DNA of 64,000 nucleotides from Macrostomum lignano (Eukaryota): NCBI GenBank assembly GCA_002269645.1, contig NIVC01002081.1, positions 124,001 to 188,000 of the forward strand, read 5' to 3'. Shown piece by piece: positions 1 to 13,167 of this stretch (position 1 is its first letter; each line of letters starts with the position of its first letter). The notes under the pieces were generated by a model. It saw only the letters and a program-made list of their open reading frames with translations, ran no database searches and was not told where the DNA came from. The position numbers and the translations under genes were made by a program.

Positions 1-1182
1 TGGTTTTTGTTTGCCAAAGTGAAAATAGCAAATATAATAATTTTGATAGGTAAAGCTTGCTTATGCTTTTCGGTTGCATTTGCATTTGAACCTCTCTTTC
101 TATGCTTATTTCTGCTACTTAAATTGACATTTGCTCTCTTGTGCTCTTTACCCTCGAAAAAATGCTTTCTGTTTAGTAGGACCGACTATCTGTATCAGTG
201 ACTGCCTAATTGCAGATATCAGTTATCCTCTAACTAAGTTATAAGTTCCTCTTGATTCGCATATTTTTATTGCTTTTTCATTCTACGAAAGCAAAAAAAA
301 GGATTTAGCGAAATGTACTGTCGAGATAGGAAGCTTTCAGATTATGAAAAACAATTGAGCCTTTTGTTCTGAAACCAATCACATAACTATAATACGTACC
401 TACCAACAGACAACTCAGTTTTAGTATAGTGGACTAGCAAGTTGCGCCCCCCTTGGGGAGGCAGCAGCAAAGAAAAGAATAAAGATATTTAAATAGACTA
501 CATCTATAGGGTTCTGACCTTGCGTTGTGCAGCCACTGTTTTCAATTTTAAGGAAATGGTTAAAGCAAAATGCATCCGGCCTGAAAGCCTAAAATAGCAG
601 CTCCTCTGTGAGCTTTGGTTCAAAAGCCCCTGAGCAACTCCCATGAGCCTTGAAGTCTCAAAAATCCCTCATGATCCTTGTCATCTTAGCAGGTCCCCTC
701 GTAAACCTTAATAACTCCTGTAAGCCTTGAGATGCGGATTTGCTACATGGGAGGTTTCGCCATAGACTAATTCGATCAAGAAAAAAGGCGGCTTGAACAA
801 ATGCACTAAAGAAGAGACAGGAACAGCTGAAATCTAGCCAGAACTTAGTAAAATTTTGCATAGTAAGTTCCAGCTTTTTTAGGGCCAGCGAGTCAGTAAC
901 TCTCTGTGATTGCAGAGGATTTTTTCGACCAAAATTTCTCTAACCGCTGCTAGGATGGGGATTTAAAGCAGAAAGGGCTGCATCAATCACCACCCAGGGC
1001 TACACGAGAGAGAAGATTTATTGCATCAATGTGATTGTCTTGGGGGTGTCTGTGGTGATTGATCAGTGCTAGGAATTCTCTGTAGCATAGGGACGATCAG
1101 TGAATTCTGAGCAACTCGGGAGTATGCGGACTTTATGGATAGGCTTTCTGTAGACATTTTTATCTCATGTCGGTGATCAATG

Positions 1183-1283
1183 AACAGACAGACAGACAAT
1201 CAGATGCTAAGACACTAAGACACTTAGACAGACAGAAAGACCATAAAACAGACAGACAGACAGATAGACAGACAGACAGACAC

Positions 1284-1354
<71 letters not shown>

Positions 1355-1369
1355 TGCAGACAGACAGGC

Positions 1370-1430
<61 letters not shown>

Positions 1431-1443
1431 GGCAGACAGACAG
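1183..1443 (+). repeat. (GACA)n microsatellite, probably intronic
   Basis: GACA tract of about 260 bp, followed by CTAAC...CCGCAG (branch-point-like motif plus acceptor). Confidence 0.95.
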
Positions 1444-1461
1444 TGCTAACTTGAGCCGCAG

Positions 1462-2899
<1,438 letters not shown>

Positions 2900-3083
2900 A
2901 TCGAGACTGCCGTATCAGGAGTAACTCTGATATGCCTAGTATTAGGGGCAGTAAAGTTACTGAACTTAATGTTACATCAACACTAGATAATAACGCCAGC
3001 TAATTCTCCAATTATTGCTTATTCTGATGCAAATTTAGCTTTTTGCTCTTTGCTAGCTAGTCTCTTCAGGGCTGTCTTTACAG

Positions 3084-3091
3084 TATAAATA
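3084..3091 (+). promoter_or_regulatory. TATA box of the divergent ILP paralogue
   Basis: TATAAATA, conserved at 10531 and 15493. Homology between paralogues begins about 25 bp upstream of it. Confidence 0.55.
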
Positions 3092-3692
3092 TGCGTTTAA
3101 GACTACGAAAGGCATATGAAAATGGTTAAACTGTACTGACTCAGTGTGTACTTTTTGCCACACGCTGGAAAGCAGCGAAGCCATAGACGAGAGTAATAAA
3201 ATTGAGAACAGATTTGACCATAGACAGTCTGCCGATTATTATATTCATCAAATGAAAAGCGGGACAGTCCTGGTAGTCCCTGGCATTCCTTGCTTACTCA
3301 GCAGACCATCACTTTTATCACGAGAGCCAAGTTCGGACGATCATTTCTTCAAGCAATTTGAGAGTGAAATCTTGAGATACTCCCAAGGTAAGATCGAATA
3401 TTTCTTGGACTAATTTAATGTTACAGTACAAGGACAGAGAACCTTAGCGGGAAACGCTTCTGATCACCAGGCGCCACATTAATTTGGGGCCTGTGTGCTC
3501 GAAGAACGTCCATGATGGCCAACCCACAAGGCTCAGAGAATGTACATGTCTGACGATTAGAAATTGTGCAGTGCAGAATTGTGCAGAATGTGCAGAATTG
3601 CCTCGCGTTTGGTTGCGTGACGACGTGGACAAAGGCATCCTGCAGTTATTTTATCATTTATATAACTTATTTCTTTGGTTACATTCCAAAGG

Positions 3693-3999
3693 ATGCTCAA
3701 ACTGCTGGTCTGCCTATTGGCGATGGCCTCCATCAGCTGCTGCCAGGAAATTCACCGTACAAAGGCAAATTTCTCTATTGCGGTTCGGCGCGAACCGGCA
3801 TGATCCGCTGGCTCTGCGGGGCAATCAAACACCTGGAGAGCTCGGTATCAAGGATGGCTACCTCGATCCGTCTAGAGGATACGTGCCGCTAGACGCTCCT
3901 CCGCCTTGGAAGAAGAGGTCTGTTCGGCAGATTCACAGAACCCTCTTTTTTGAGCTGCCGGCGAAAATTCGATGCCAGAGTGCTCTGTAGGGGCACTGA
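3693..3999 (+). pseudogene. Divergent insulin-like peptide paralogue, frameshifted as assembled (pseudogene or homopolymer sequencing errors)
   Basis: Signal MLKLLVCLLAMASISCCQ; B chain YCGSARTGMIRWLC (C-X11-C); WKKR; A-like LSCRRKFDARVLCRG. Four 1-nt frame breaks, at ~3750, ~3842, ~3950 and ~3992, all in or next to short homopolymer runs. Clear homology to 11118-11498. Confidence 0.75.
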
Positions 4000-4217
4000 T
4001 ACAAATTATCTAAGACATCAGAGGAGATCAACAGAAAGTCGTTTGAAGCGATTTTGTTGATTACACACGCAAACTGCTGTTGAAAGTTTTGAATATATTG
4101 CCTGTTTCTAATACTAGCATAAACTGTATTCTGCTATTCAAAAAAGTACATTATTCTACAATAAAATCACTATAAAACCCGAGTCTGCAAATTAAATGCA
4201 TCGCACAGCATAAGTAC

Positions 4218-4907
4218 AGTGGTGCTATATGGGGGAGTAGTGCTAATCTGGAGGGTAGTGCTAATCTGGAGGTGGTGCTAATCTGGATAAGTGGTGCTAA
4301 TCTGGAGGGAGTGGTGCTAATCTAGAGGGAGTGGTGCTAATCTGGATAAGTGGTGCTAATCTGGAGGGAGTGGTGCTAATCTGGAGGGAGTGGTGCTAAT
4401 CTGGAGGGAGTAGTGCTAATCTGGAGGGAGTGGATGCTAATCTGGATAAGTGGTGCTAATCTAGAGGGAGTGGTGCTAGTCTGGAGGGAGTGGTGCTAAT
4501 CTGGAGGGAGTGGTGCTAATCTGAGGGAGTAGTGCTAATCTGGAGGGAATAGTGCTAATCTGGAGGGAGTGGTGCTAATCTGGATAAGTGGTGCTAATCT
4601 AGAGGGAGTGGTGCTAGTCTGGAGGGAGTGGTGCTGTCTGGAGGAAGTAGTGCTAATCTGGAGAGAATAGTGCTAATCTGGGTGAGTGTGCTAATCTGGA
4701 TAAGTGGTGCTAATCTAGAGGGAGTGGTGCTAGTCTGGAGGGAGTGGTGCTAATCTGGAGGGAGTGGTGCTAATCTAGAGGGAGTGGTGCTAATCTGGAT
4801 AAGTGGTGCTAATCTAGAGGGAGTGGTGCTAATCTGGATAAGTGGTGCTAATCTGGGGGAAGTGGTGCTAATCTGGATAAGTGGTGCTAATCTGGGGGAA
4901 GTGGTGC
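4218..4907 (+). repeat. 19-20 bp minisatellite (GTGGTGCTAATCTGGAGGGA / ...GGATAA), part left of the Gypsy insertion
   Basis: Direct tandem units; the array continues at 9377-9968. Confidence 0.95.
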
Positions 4908-5128
4908 TGAAATAAAGTCAAGACAAAACTTTATTTTGGCTCAAAAACACGAAAAACTTTACCGGCTAAAAAGCCTGCTTTATATTAAACTATTTGTTAT
5001 TGATCGGCATACTCACCGCACCCCCCAACCCGCGCTAGCAAGTACATGCAGCGAGAGAGAGAGAGAGAGAGAGCAAAACAACTCAACCTAGCCCCGCCCC
5101 CAGCGCGCACGCAGGCCAAGCTATCACA
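4908..5128 (-). repeat. 3' LTR of the Gypsy element
   Basis: Direct repeat of 9150-9376 with ~3 substitutions and a GA-tract length difference. Confidence 0.95.
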
Positions 5129-5222
5129 TCCCTCCATGCCAAGACAAAAGCAACAGAACTTGCAACAAAAAAGAAAAGAAAACCCCAACACCCAAAAACT
5201 GTCAGTCACTGTCAGATCAAGT

Positions 5223-8200
5223 TCACTCGTAGGTCAGTCGATCCGGTGCCCTTGTAGTCCTCTCCGAACGCCGCAGCATCGGGGGCGGCAGCAGCGGCGG
5301 CGGCAGCGGCGGCGGTGGCGCTTCAGACGTTGTCACTGACGGAGTCAGAAGCTGTGGCGCCGCCCCACCTGACTGAGCCGATCCCGCAGCTTGCTCAGGT
5401 GAGATTGTCGCCGGCACCAGGTGGTCGGCATGCCGCCGCACGATGCGCTCGTCGGGCAGGCGGCACTCGTAGGACAGCGGCCCGGTCTGGCGGCTCACGG
5501 AGGCCGGCGCCCACTTCTCCGGACCGTTGAAGTCGCGCACCAGGACACCGTCGCCTTCTTCGAAGTTGCGATCCCTGGCTCGCAGGTCGTGGTACTCCTT
5601 TTGCGAGTCCTGGCTGCGCCTGACTGTAGCCGAGACATCGGGCCGCACAATGTCTAGAAGCGTCCGCAGCTGCCTGCCCATCATCAGCTGGCAGGGTGGT
5701 GCACCAGTTGTGCTGTGTGGAGTGACCCGGTAGGTCAGCAGGAACCGAGCTAGCCGAAACTGTAGGGACGCCGGCCGCCCCTTCGCCAGGGCCACCTTCA
5801 CCGTCTGGACCGCTCGCTCGGCCAATCCGTTGGACGATGAATGATATGGAGCCACTTTGATATGCCGGATGCCGTTACTGGCCAAGAAGTTGTTTATCTC
5901 TTGGCTCACGAAATTCGGACCGTTGTCGCTCACTACAACCTCAGGCAATCCCAGCTGACTGAAAGTCCTTCTCAGCCGATCGATGGTGGCAGCACTGGTG
6001 GCGGACTGGCAAATGTGGACTTCAATCCATTTCGAATGAGCGTCCACCAGTACTAACAGCATTTTTCCCTCGACTGGTCCAGCGTAGTCCATGTGGATCC
6101 GGGACCACGGCTTGTCCGGCCACGGCCACGGCTGCAGGAGGGCTGGCGGCGGGCAGTTCTGATGACGCTGGCACTCGCCGCAGTTCTGCGACAGCTTCTC
6201 GATGTCCCGGTCCAATCCCGGCCACCAGAAATATCCTCGGGCCAGAGACTTCATCCTAGAAGCTCCTTGGTGGCTCTGATGTAGACAATCGAGCAGTGCT
6301 TGTCGACCCTGAACCGGCACAATCACACGGTTGCCCCACAGCAGGCAGCCGTCCTCCAAGCTCAGCTCTGCCGCCCTAACTGCGTACGGCTGCAGTTCCG
6401 CATCCAGCCGAGGACGCTCCGGCCATCCACCTTGCACGAGCCGCAGCACTCGACTGAGCAGCGGGTCCTTTCTTGTCCAGCCGCGAACCTGAGCAGCCGT
6501 CACGGGTCCCTCATTGAACGCATCGATGAGCAGCACTACCTCAGCTGGTGACGGCGTCTCCACTGACTTCGTCGGCAGCGGCAGCCGACTCAGAGCGTCA
6601 GCCCGCAGTAGCGAAGTTCCCTTGCGATACTGCAGTCGATACGAGTAGTTCGAAAGCAGCAGAGCCCAACGCTGGATCCTAGCCGAAGCCAGTGGTGGAA
6701 TGCCCTTGCTCTCGTGTAGCAGGCCCAGTAGCGGCTTGTGGTCGCTCTTGAGCTCAAAGGTTTTGCCATAGAGGTAGGCGTGGAAGTGCTTGATCCCAAA
6801 AATGATCGCCAGGGCTTCCTTCTCTGTCTGCGAATAGTTCCTCTCGGCGTCGGCGAGCGATCGGGACGCGAAGGCAATCGGCCTTTCAAGGCCATCAATC
6901 CGGTGGCAGATGACGGCCCCGACCCCGTATGGCGAACTATCACACTCCAGAATCACCTCCTTTTTGACGTCGAAATGGACAAGCGCCTGCGAGCTCAATA
7001 GCAGCTCCTTGCTGCGCCGGAAAGCATCGGACTGCGCTTCGCTCCATCGCCAGACAGTTCCTTTCTCGAGAAGCCGGTGCAGAGGAGCCAGAACGCTGGA
7101 CAGGTTCGGCAGAAACCGGCCGTAATAGTTGAGGAGGCCCAAGAAACTGCGCTACTGCGTGACGTCCTTTGGCATCGGCGCGTCAACGATCGCGTTGACT
7201 TTGTCACTCATCGGATTTAGGCCCTGGGCGTCAATCCGATGCCCCAAATAAGTCACCGAATTCTCCATGAAGCGGCATTTGTCAAGCCGGCACTTCAGCC
7301 CGGCATCCTTCAGGCGCTGCAGGACGGTCTCCAGATTCTCGAGGTGCTCAGCGTCATCGGCGCCGGTCACCAACACGTCATCAATAAAGGTTGCCGTATG
7401 CTGTGCACCATGCAGCAGGCCGTCCATGGTTCTCTGGAAGATTCCAACTGCTGGTGAGATTCCAAACGGTAGCCTTGTATACCTCAGCAAACCCTTCGAG
7501 GTGTTGATGGTGCACAAGCGCTGAGACTCTTCGTCGAGCGGAAGCTGCATGTATGCCTGGCTGAGGTCCAGCTTGGTGAACTTTTAGCCGCCGGTGAGCT
7601 TGGCGAACAACTCCTCAATCCTTGGCAGCGGGTAGCAGTCCATCTCCACGTCCTGGTTTACCGTGCACTTGAAATCTGCGCAGATTCTGACGGAGCCGTC
7701 CGACTTCAGTACCGGCACGATTGGGGACGCATACTCCGAATCGGAGACCGGCCGCAGAATGCCCTGCTGGATCTCCCGCTCGAGCTGCTCTTCCACTTTG
7801 GACTTCAAAGCGAAAGGTACCTGCCGCGCCTTCATGAACTTGGGCCGCGCCCCGGGCTTCACTCGCAGTTTCAGAGGTTCACCCGTGTAGCAGCCGAGGC
7901 CACTCGAGAAAACGGGGCTGAACCTCTCTAGCAACTTCTGCACTTGCTGATCCTTTGGAGCAGACGCTTCGTGCAGCTGCTTGACGCTTCCCCAATTCAA
8001 CGGCAGCACAGCCAGCCAGTTCCTACCGATAAGGCTGGACCCGGATCCAGATACCACTAGAAGAGGAAGAAGCTGCTTGGCTTTACCTGGAATCTCTGCA
8101 GACACGCTGATCTGACCGAGTACGCTGACCGGCTGTCCACAGTAGTTCCGCAGTCGAATCGGGGTCCGCTCGAGCTCAGGAGCCCCGCCCAGCAGGTCGT

Positions 8201-9137
8201 GATAGGCTCTAGCCGATATCAGCGATACCGCCGCGCTCGTGTCGATCTCCATCTGGCAGGACACTCCGTTGAGCAGGACCGTGGTGGTGTACGGCGGTAC
8301 CTTGGCAGCTGCACTGGGCAAGGTGTTCAGGGAGCCGCAGTCTTGGCTTTCCTCCTCCACAGCGGCGACTTGCGACCGCGGCTCAGCTCCAGCCGAATCC
8401 GCGCCTCCTCGACAGGCTGCAGCGGTGTGCCCCATCTTGCCGCACTTGAAACAGGCCTTCTTCATGAATGGGCACTTCGCCGCCAGGTGTTTCGCTGACA
8501 GACACTTGTAGCACCTTTTTGCAGGTCGCTGAGTCGCTACCGCATTGGTCTGGCCGACTTGGTCTACCGATGCTGCCGAGGCGGTTTGCGGGGTTCCTGA
8601 GAACGAGCCCTTGACCAAGTTGCAGCCCTTGGTTGCCAGCTCCACCGCCTGGGAGATCGCCAGTGCTCTGTCCAGGTCCAACTCTGTCTCGGACAGGAGT
8701 CTGCGCTGTATGCGATCATCCTGGATGCCAAGCACCAGACGATCTCTCAGCATGGTGCTCAAGCTGTTACCGAAGTTGCAGTGGACAGCCAAACGCCGCA
8801 GTGCCGCCAGGAAGTCGGCCACGGACTCCGAGCTCTCTCGAACGCGCTGGTAGAAGTGGAACCTTTGCACGATCTCTGACGGCTTTGGGACCCAGTGATC
8901 GTCAAGCTTTTTGCAGATGTTAGCGAAGGAAGCCTGTGAAGGCTTAACTGGGGCCAGAAGACTGGTGACAAGCCTATAGGTGTCCTTGCCGCACACGCTG
9001 AGGAATACCGCTCGCTTCTTCTCTTCGCTTTCGATTTCGTTTGCAATGAACACTTGTTCAATGCGCTCCTTGTATTGCGACCAGTCCTCCGTCTCAGGCT
9101 CAAACGGCCCTATGCTACACAGTGGCCCAGTGGCCAT
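5223..9137 (-). pseudogene. gag-pol polyprotein (two CCHC knuckles, protease, RT, RNase H, integrase) with two in-frame stops
   Basis: ORFs 7584-9137, 7152-7550 and 5223-7142 are all in one frame, separated by TAA (LTGG*KFTKLDL) and TAG (DVTQ*RSFLG). Motifs: CYKCLSAKHLAAKC, CFKCGKMGHTAAAC, IDTSAAVS, FIDD, LECDSSPYGVGAV, HHCC, and D..D..E integrase. Confidence 0.95.
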
Positions 9138-9148
9138 CCTCGTCGCCA
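9134..9148 (-). promoter_or_regulatory. Primer-binding site, tRNA-Ser(GCU)-type
   Basis: The minus strand reads TGGCGACGAGGATGG one base after the 5' LTR. Its complement CCATCCTCGTCGCCA matches the 3' end of animal tRNA-Ser(GCU) as recalled. The gag ATG overlaps the PBS. Confidence 0.8.
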
Positions 9149-9149
9149 G

Positions 9150-9376
9150 TGAAATAAAGTCAAGACAAAACTTTATTTTGGCTCAAAAGCACGAAAAACT
9201 TTACCGGCTAAAAAGCCTGCTTTATATTAAACTATTTGATATTGATCGGCATACTCACCGCACCCCCCAACCCGCGCTAGCAAGTACATGCAGCGAAAGA
9301 GAGAGAGAGAGAGAGAGAGAGCAAAACAACTCAACCTAGCCCCGCCCCCAGCGCGCACGCAGGCCAAGCTATCACA
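9150..9376 (-). repeat. 5' LTR of the Gypsy element
   Basis: Direct repeat of 4908-5128. Confidence 0.95.
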
Positions 9377-9968
9377 GGTGCTAATCTGGGGAAGTGGTGC
9401 TAATCTGGATAAGTGGTGCTAATCTGGAGGGAGTGTTGCTAATCTGGAGGGAGTGGTGCTAATTTGGAAAAGTGGTGCTAATCTGGAGGGAGCAGTGCTA
9501 ATCTGGAGGGAGTAGTGCTAATCTGGAGGGAGCAGTGCTAATCTGGAGGGAGTGTTGCTAATCTGGAGGGAGTGGTGCTAATTTGGAAAAGTGGTGCTAA
9601 TCTGGAGGGAGTGGTGCTAATCTGGATAAGTGGTGCTAAACTGGGGGAAATGGTGCTAATCTGGAGGGAGTGGTGCTAAGCTGGAGGGAGTGCTGCTAAT
9701 CTGGATAAGTGGTGCTAAACTGGGGGAAATGGTGCTAATCTGGAGGGAGTGGTGCTAAGCTGGAGGGAGTGCTGCTAATCTGGATAAGTGGTGCTAATCT
9801 GGGGAAGTGGTGCTAATCTGGGGGAAGTGGTGCTAATCTGGAGGGAGTGGTGCTAATCTGGAGAGAGTGGTGCTAAGCTGGAGGGAGTGGTGCTAATCTG
9901 GATAAGTGGTGCTAATCTGGGGGAAGTGGTGCTAATCTGGATAAGTGGTGCTAATCTGGGGGAAGTGG
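9377..9968 (+). repeat. 19-20 bp minisatellite, continuation right of the Gypsy
   Basis: Same unit as 4218-4907. Confidence 0.95.
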
Positions 9969-10530
9969 TATAAAGATTTGGTACATTATAATTTTTTGTT
10001 GATAGCTTCAGGTTGGTTGTGGTTGTTTTTGAAGTCGGATGTGAGCTGCTCAGTGGTTGCTTTTGAGCGATTTCTGGGGTTGCTTCCAACAGGTGGTAAA
10101 TACCTGTATTGTGATACACAGTTCAAGAATACTGTTCATTTAAAAGCCTCAAGTTTTTTTATAATAAATCATAAACTTGGTTATATTAGTATTTGAGCGA
10201 TGAGGTGGCTTTATTAGATTGATTCTCATGCAGGACAGGGTGGAATTGATTGATTGTCATAGTCTCTATGAACGGTCATTGTAAAATGGGTTGATTTTCC
10301 GTCTTCAAGAGTAAAGAAACTTTCAGAGTGCGGAGCGTAAATGTCCTTTTTCTCCCTACATGAGGCAATTGGCTGCTAGTATAACATGCTGACAGAAGCG
10401 AATTGTGTAAAACACACGAAGTTCCACTTAGTGACGGTTTGGGCCATAGACATAATGCAGGTCAAAATTAAAGAATCAAATTAAGCTTCTTGGCCCTGTA
10501 CTAGCAGTCTCTTCAGGGCTGTCTTTACAG

Positions 10531-10538
10531 TATAAATA
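10531..10538 (+). promoter_or_regulatory. TATA box of ILP copy A, with a probable 5'UTR intron at 10825-11114
   Basis: TATAAATA; donor CAAG|GTAAGA at 10825; acceptor TTCCAG at 11114, three bases before the ATG. Confidence 0.6.
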
Positions 10539-11117
10539 TTCGGTTAGGACTACGAAAGGCATATGAAAATGGTTAAACTGTACTGACTCAGTGTGTACTT
10601 TTTGCCACACGCTGGAAAGCAGCGAAGCCATAGACGAGAGTAATAAAATTGAGAACAGATTTGACCATAGACAGTCTGCCGATTATTATAAAAATCAATT
10701 GAAAAGCGGGACAGTCCTGGCATTCCTTGCTTACTCAGCAGAGCATCACTTTTATCACGAGAGCCAAGTTCGGACGATCATTTCTTCAAGCAATTTGAGA
10801 GTGAAATCTTGAGATACTCCCAAGGTAAGATCGAATATTTCTTGGACTAATTTAATGTACAGTACAAGGGACAGAGAACCTTAGCGGGAAACGCTTCTGA
10901 TCACCAGGCGCCACATTAATTTGAGGCCTGTGTGCTCGAAGAACGTCCATGATGGCCAACCCACAAGGCTCAGAGAATGTACATGTCTGACGATTAGAAA
11001 TTCATGGCCGCTGTACAGCCTGTGTGAGCGTGTTTGTGAGTGCGTGTCTGCGTACAGTACTGGCGCGCAGTTATTTTATCATTTATATAACTTATTTCGT
11101 TGCTTACATTCCAGAGA

Positions 11118-11498
11118 ATGTTCAAACTGCTGGTGTGCCTATTGGCGATGGCCTCCATCAGCTGCTGCCAGGCAAGCGCTGAGTCAAAGCACAAAGGCAA
11201 ATTTCTCTATTGCGGTCCGGCCAGTCCCGTCATGATCGACTGGCTCTGCCGGTCAATCAAACACCTGGAGAGCTTCGGAGTCAAGGACGGCTACATCGAT
11301 CCGGCTCAAGGATACCTGCCGCTAAGCGCTCCGGCGCCTTGGAAGAAGAGGTCTGTTCGGTCTATTGGATTAGATTACGGATTATGGGACCCACCATCGG
11401 CTCACCAGATCAACAGGCGCGGCATTCACGCGCATGTGGCCATGTCACTGTGCTGTCGGAGACTGTGTGATGCCAGGGTGTTCTGCAAAGGCTACTGA
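11118..11498 (+). CDS. Secreted insulin/relaxin-like prepropeptide, copy A (126 aa), atypical A chain
   Basis: Signal MFKLLVCLLAMASISCCQASA; B chain YCGPASPVMIDWLC (CG, C-X11-C); dibasic KKR and RR sites; A chain GI...CCRRLCDARVFCKGY (CC-X3-C-X5-C). The true start is probably the ATG at 11118 after a splice acceptor, not the TTG at 11100. Confidence 0.82.
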   Translation: MFKLLVCLLAMASISCCQASAESKHKGKFLYCGPASPVMIDWLCRSIKHLESFGVKDGYIDPAQGYLPLSAPAPWKKRSVRSIGLDYGLWDPPSAHQINRRGIHAHVAMSLCCRRLCDARVFCKGY

Positions 11499-12306
11499 TA
11501 GGAATTAGCTAAGACTAAATTATAGCTAAGCAGAGAATCAAACTGAAAGTCATGAATCGTTTTGTTGATTAAAATACATGTTTAACTGCTTTCGAAAGTT
11601 AACATTTCCAGTTTTTAATGTTATCATAAATAGCATTCACTTATTAAAAGTTTTAAATTAATCTATACCATAATCTACACCATAAAGCCCAATCTGCAAA
11701 TTTATGAATTCACTTGCACAGCATAGCTTGTTTTATTAAATGGCCTGCATACTCTTGAACATTCCTCTCTGAAAAGTGACCCCCCCTTGGCTTTCTAGCA
11801 AGGGACACACCTGTCTAGGGGCAGAGTAGTCCAAATCTCGTGTTACAATCCCTGATTCGATTCATTTTAATCATTGGTTACATATGTATTTGTACATATG
11901 TACACTTATATGTACACAGCTTTCCTTTCGCAGCAATACATGCATTTTTATGCACGAATAAAAATTTCTGGCTGGGGTTTTATCGTGCGATTCACGTACG
12001 CCCCCCCCCCCCATAGTCAGAAAGTGTAAAATGAACGTACTGACGATCAGAATATATTCAGAGTCACAGCTGCACACGCGACCCGCTGCTATATGAGCGT
12101 GTGTTATGCATACATGTATGTTCCACATGATGAATCGTCTGTAGTAAACCATGCACGGGCTAGCTAATACATTTAAATGTGCGCAAGAGTCAGATTGATG
12201 GGTAATAATTGCCTCTCTGTTGGTTGCGAGACGACGTCGCGGAAAGCGTTGCTCCAGTTTTCCAACCCCCTATGCGATTTACATGTACGTGTACACATGT
12301 ACATGT

Positions 12307-13003
12307 CAAGGACGACTTAAGTAGAAGGACGGGAAACCTCGTTTCTTAGAAAATTTTTGAAGGCACTTTTTCCCGAAAAAATACACCATGGAGATAGGAA
12401 ATTTTCATTTTTTCAGCACAAAAATTGCTATTACTTTTGATAGGAGGCAGATCCAGTGCTCATCTTTTGATATGTTGTGCCTTTTTTATTGCTCTATCGA
12501 TATTTATAAAGCTTTTAGTTCAGAAAATTAGGATTCTATGTAAAGTTTTTATTCTCCGTATATTTCCACGTGTCTTGTGATTGAAATACATTAGAATGCC
12601 ACGGCTCGGCTCTTTGGTTTTAGAAGTCTATTTTATCATTCTTAACTGACTGCTTAGCAAATATTCGTAACAGAGATGATAAAACAGGTTCATAAAAGCA
12701 AATATTGGAGCTGTGTCATGCATTTTTGTGATTTTCAGATACAGGAAATGTACGTAGAATAAAAAATTGACATATAATCCTAATTTTCTGAACGAAAAGC
12801 TTTATAAATATCGATAGAGCAATAAAAAAGGCACAACATATCAAAAGATGAGCACTGGATCTGCCTCCATCAAAAGTAATAGCAATTTTTGTGCTGAAAA
12901 AATGAAAATTTCCTATCTCCATAGTGTATTTTTTCGGGAAAAAGTGCCTTCAAAAATTTTCTAAGAAACGAGGTTTCCCGTCCTTCTACTTAAGTCGTCC
13001 TTG
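12307..13003. mobile_element. 697-bp non-autonomous TIR element (P-like MITE) with ~270-bp TIRs
   Basis: Starts CAAGGACGACTTAAGTAGAAGGACGGG and ends with its reverse complement. Perfect 8-bp TSD GTACATGT at 12299-12306 and 13004-13011. Confidence 0.9.
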
Positions 13004-13167
13004 GTACATGTATGTGCAACACATGTACGCAAGTCCATGCATAACTCCATTGTATGGTTTTCACACATTTAACTGTAGAACCATGGTCGTACGGCTCGTA
13101 CATGGCTCAGCTTGAGCTTACTATTTTAAATTGGATATGAAAATTCTGCACCGGTTACCGTTTGTAC

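Larger units (their letters stand above)
4908..9376 (-). mobile_element. Full-length Ty3/Gypsy LTR retrotransposon (Mag/K02A2.6-like), non-functional
   Basis: TG...CA LTRs at 4908-5128 and 9150-9376. 5-bp TSD GGTGC at 4903-4907 and 9377-9381. PBS at 9134-9148; PPT GGAGGGA next to the 3' LTR; single gag-pol frame. Confidence 0.97.

Noticed and set aside
7149-7586. Programmed stop-codon readthrough in the Gypsy pol
   Set aside because: Both stops lie inside RT (replacing conserved Q and L positions), not at a gag-pol boundary. Simple nonsense mutations or errors are more parsimonious.
5315-9103. Many plus-strand ORFs antisense to gag-pol
   Set aside because: Expected by-products of GC-rich coding sequence; no motifs.
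10591-10812. Triplicated 73-89-aa ORF (MCTFCHTLESS...) at 3144, 10591 and 15553
   Set aside because: GTG start, lies in the predicted 5'UTR exon of the ILP genes, and the frame is not conserved between paralogues.
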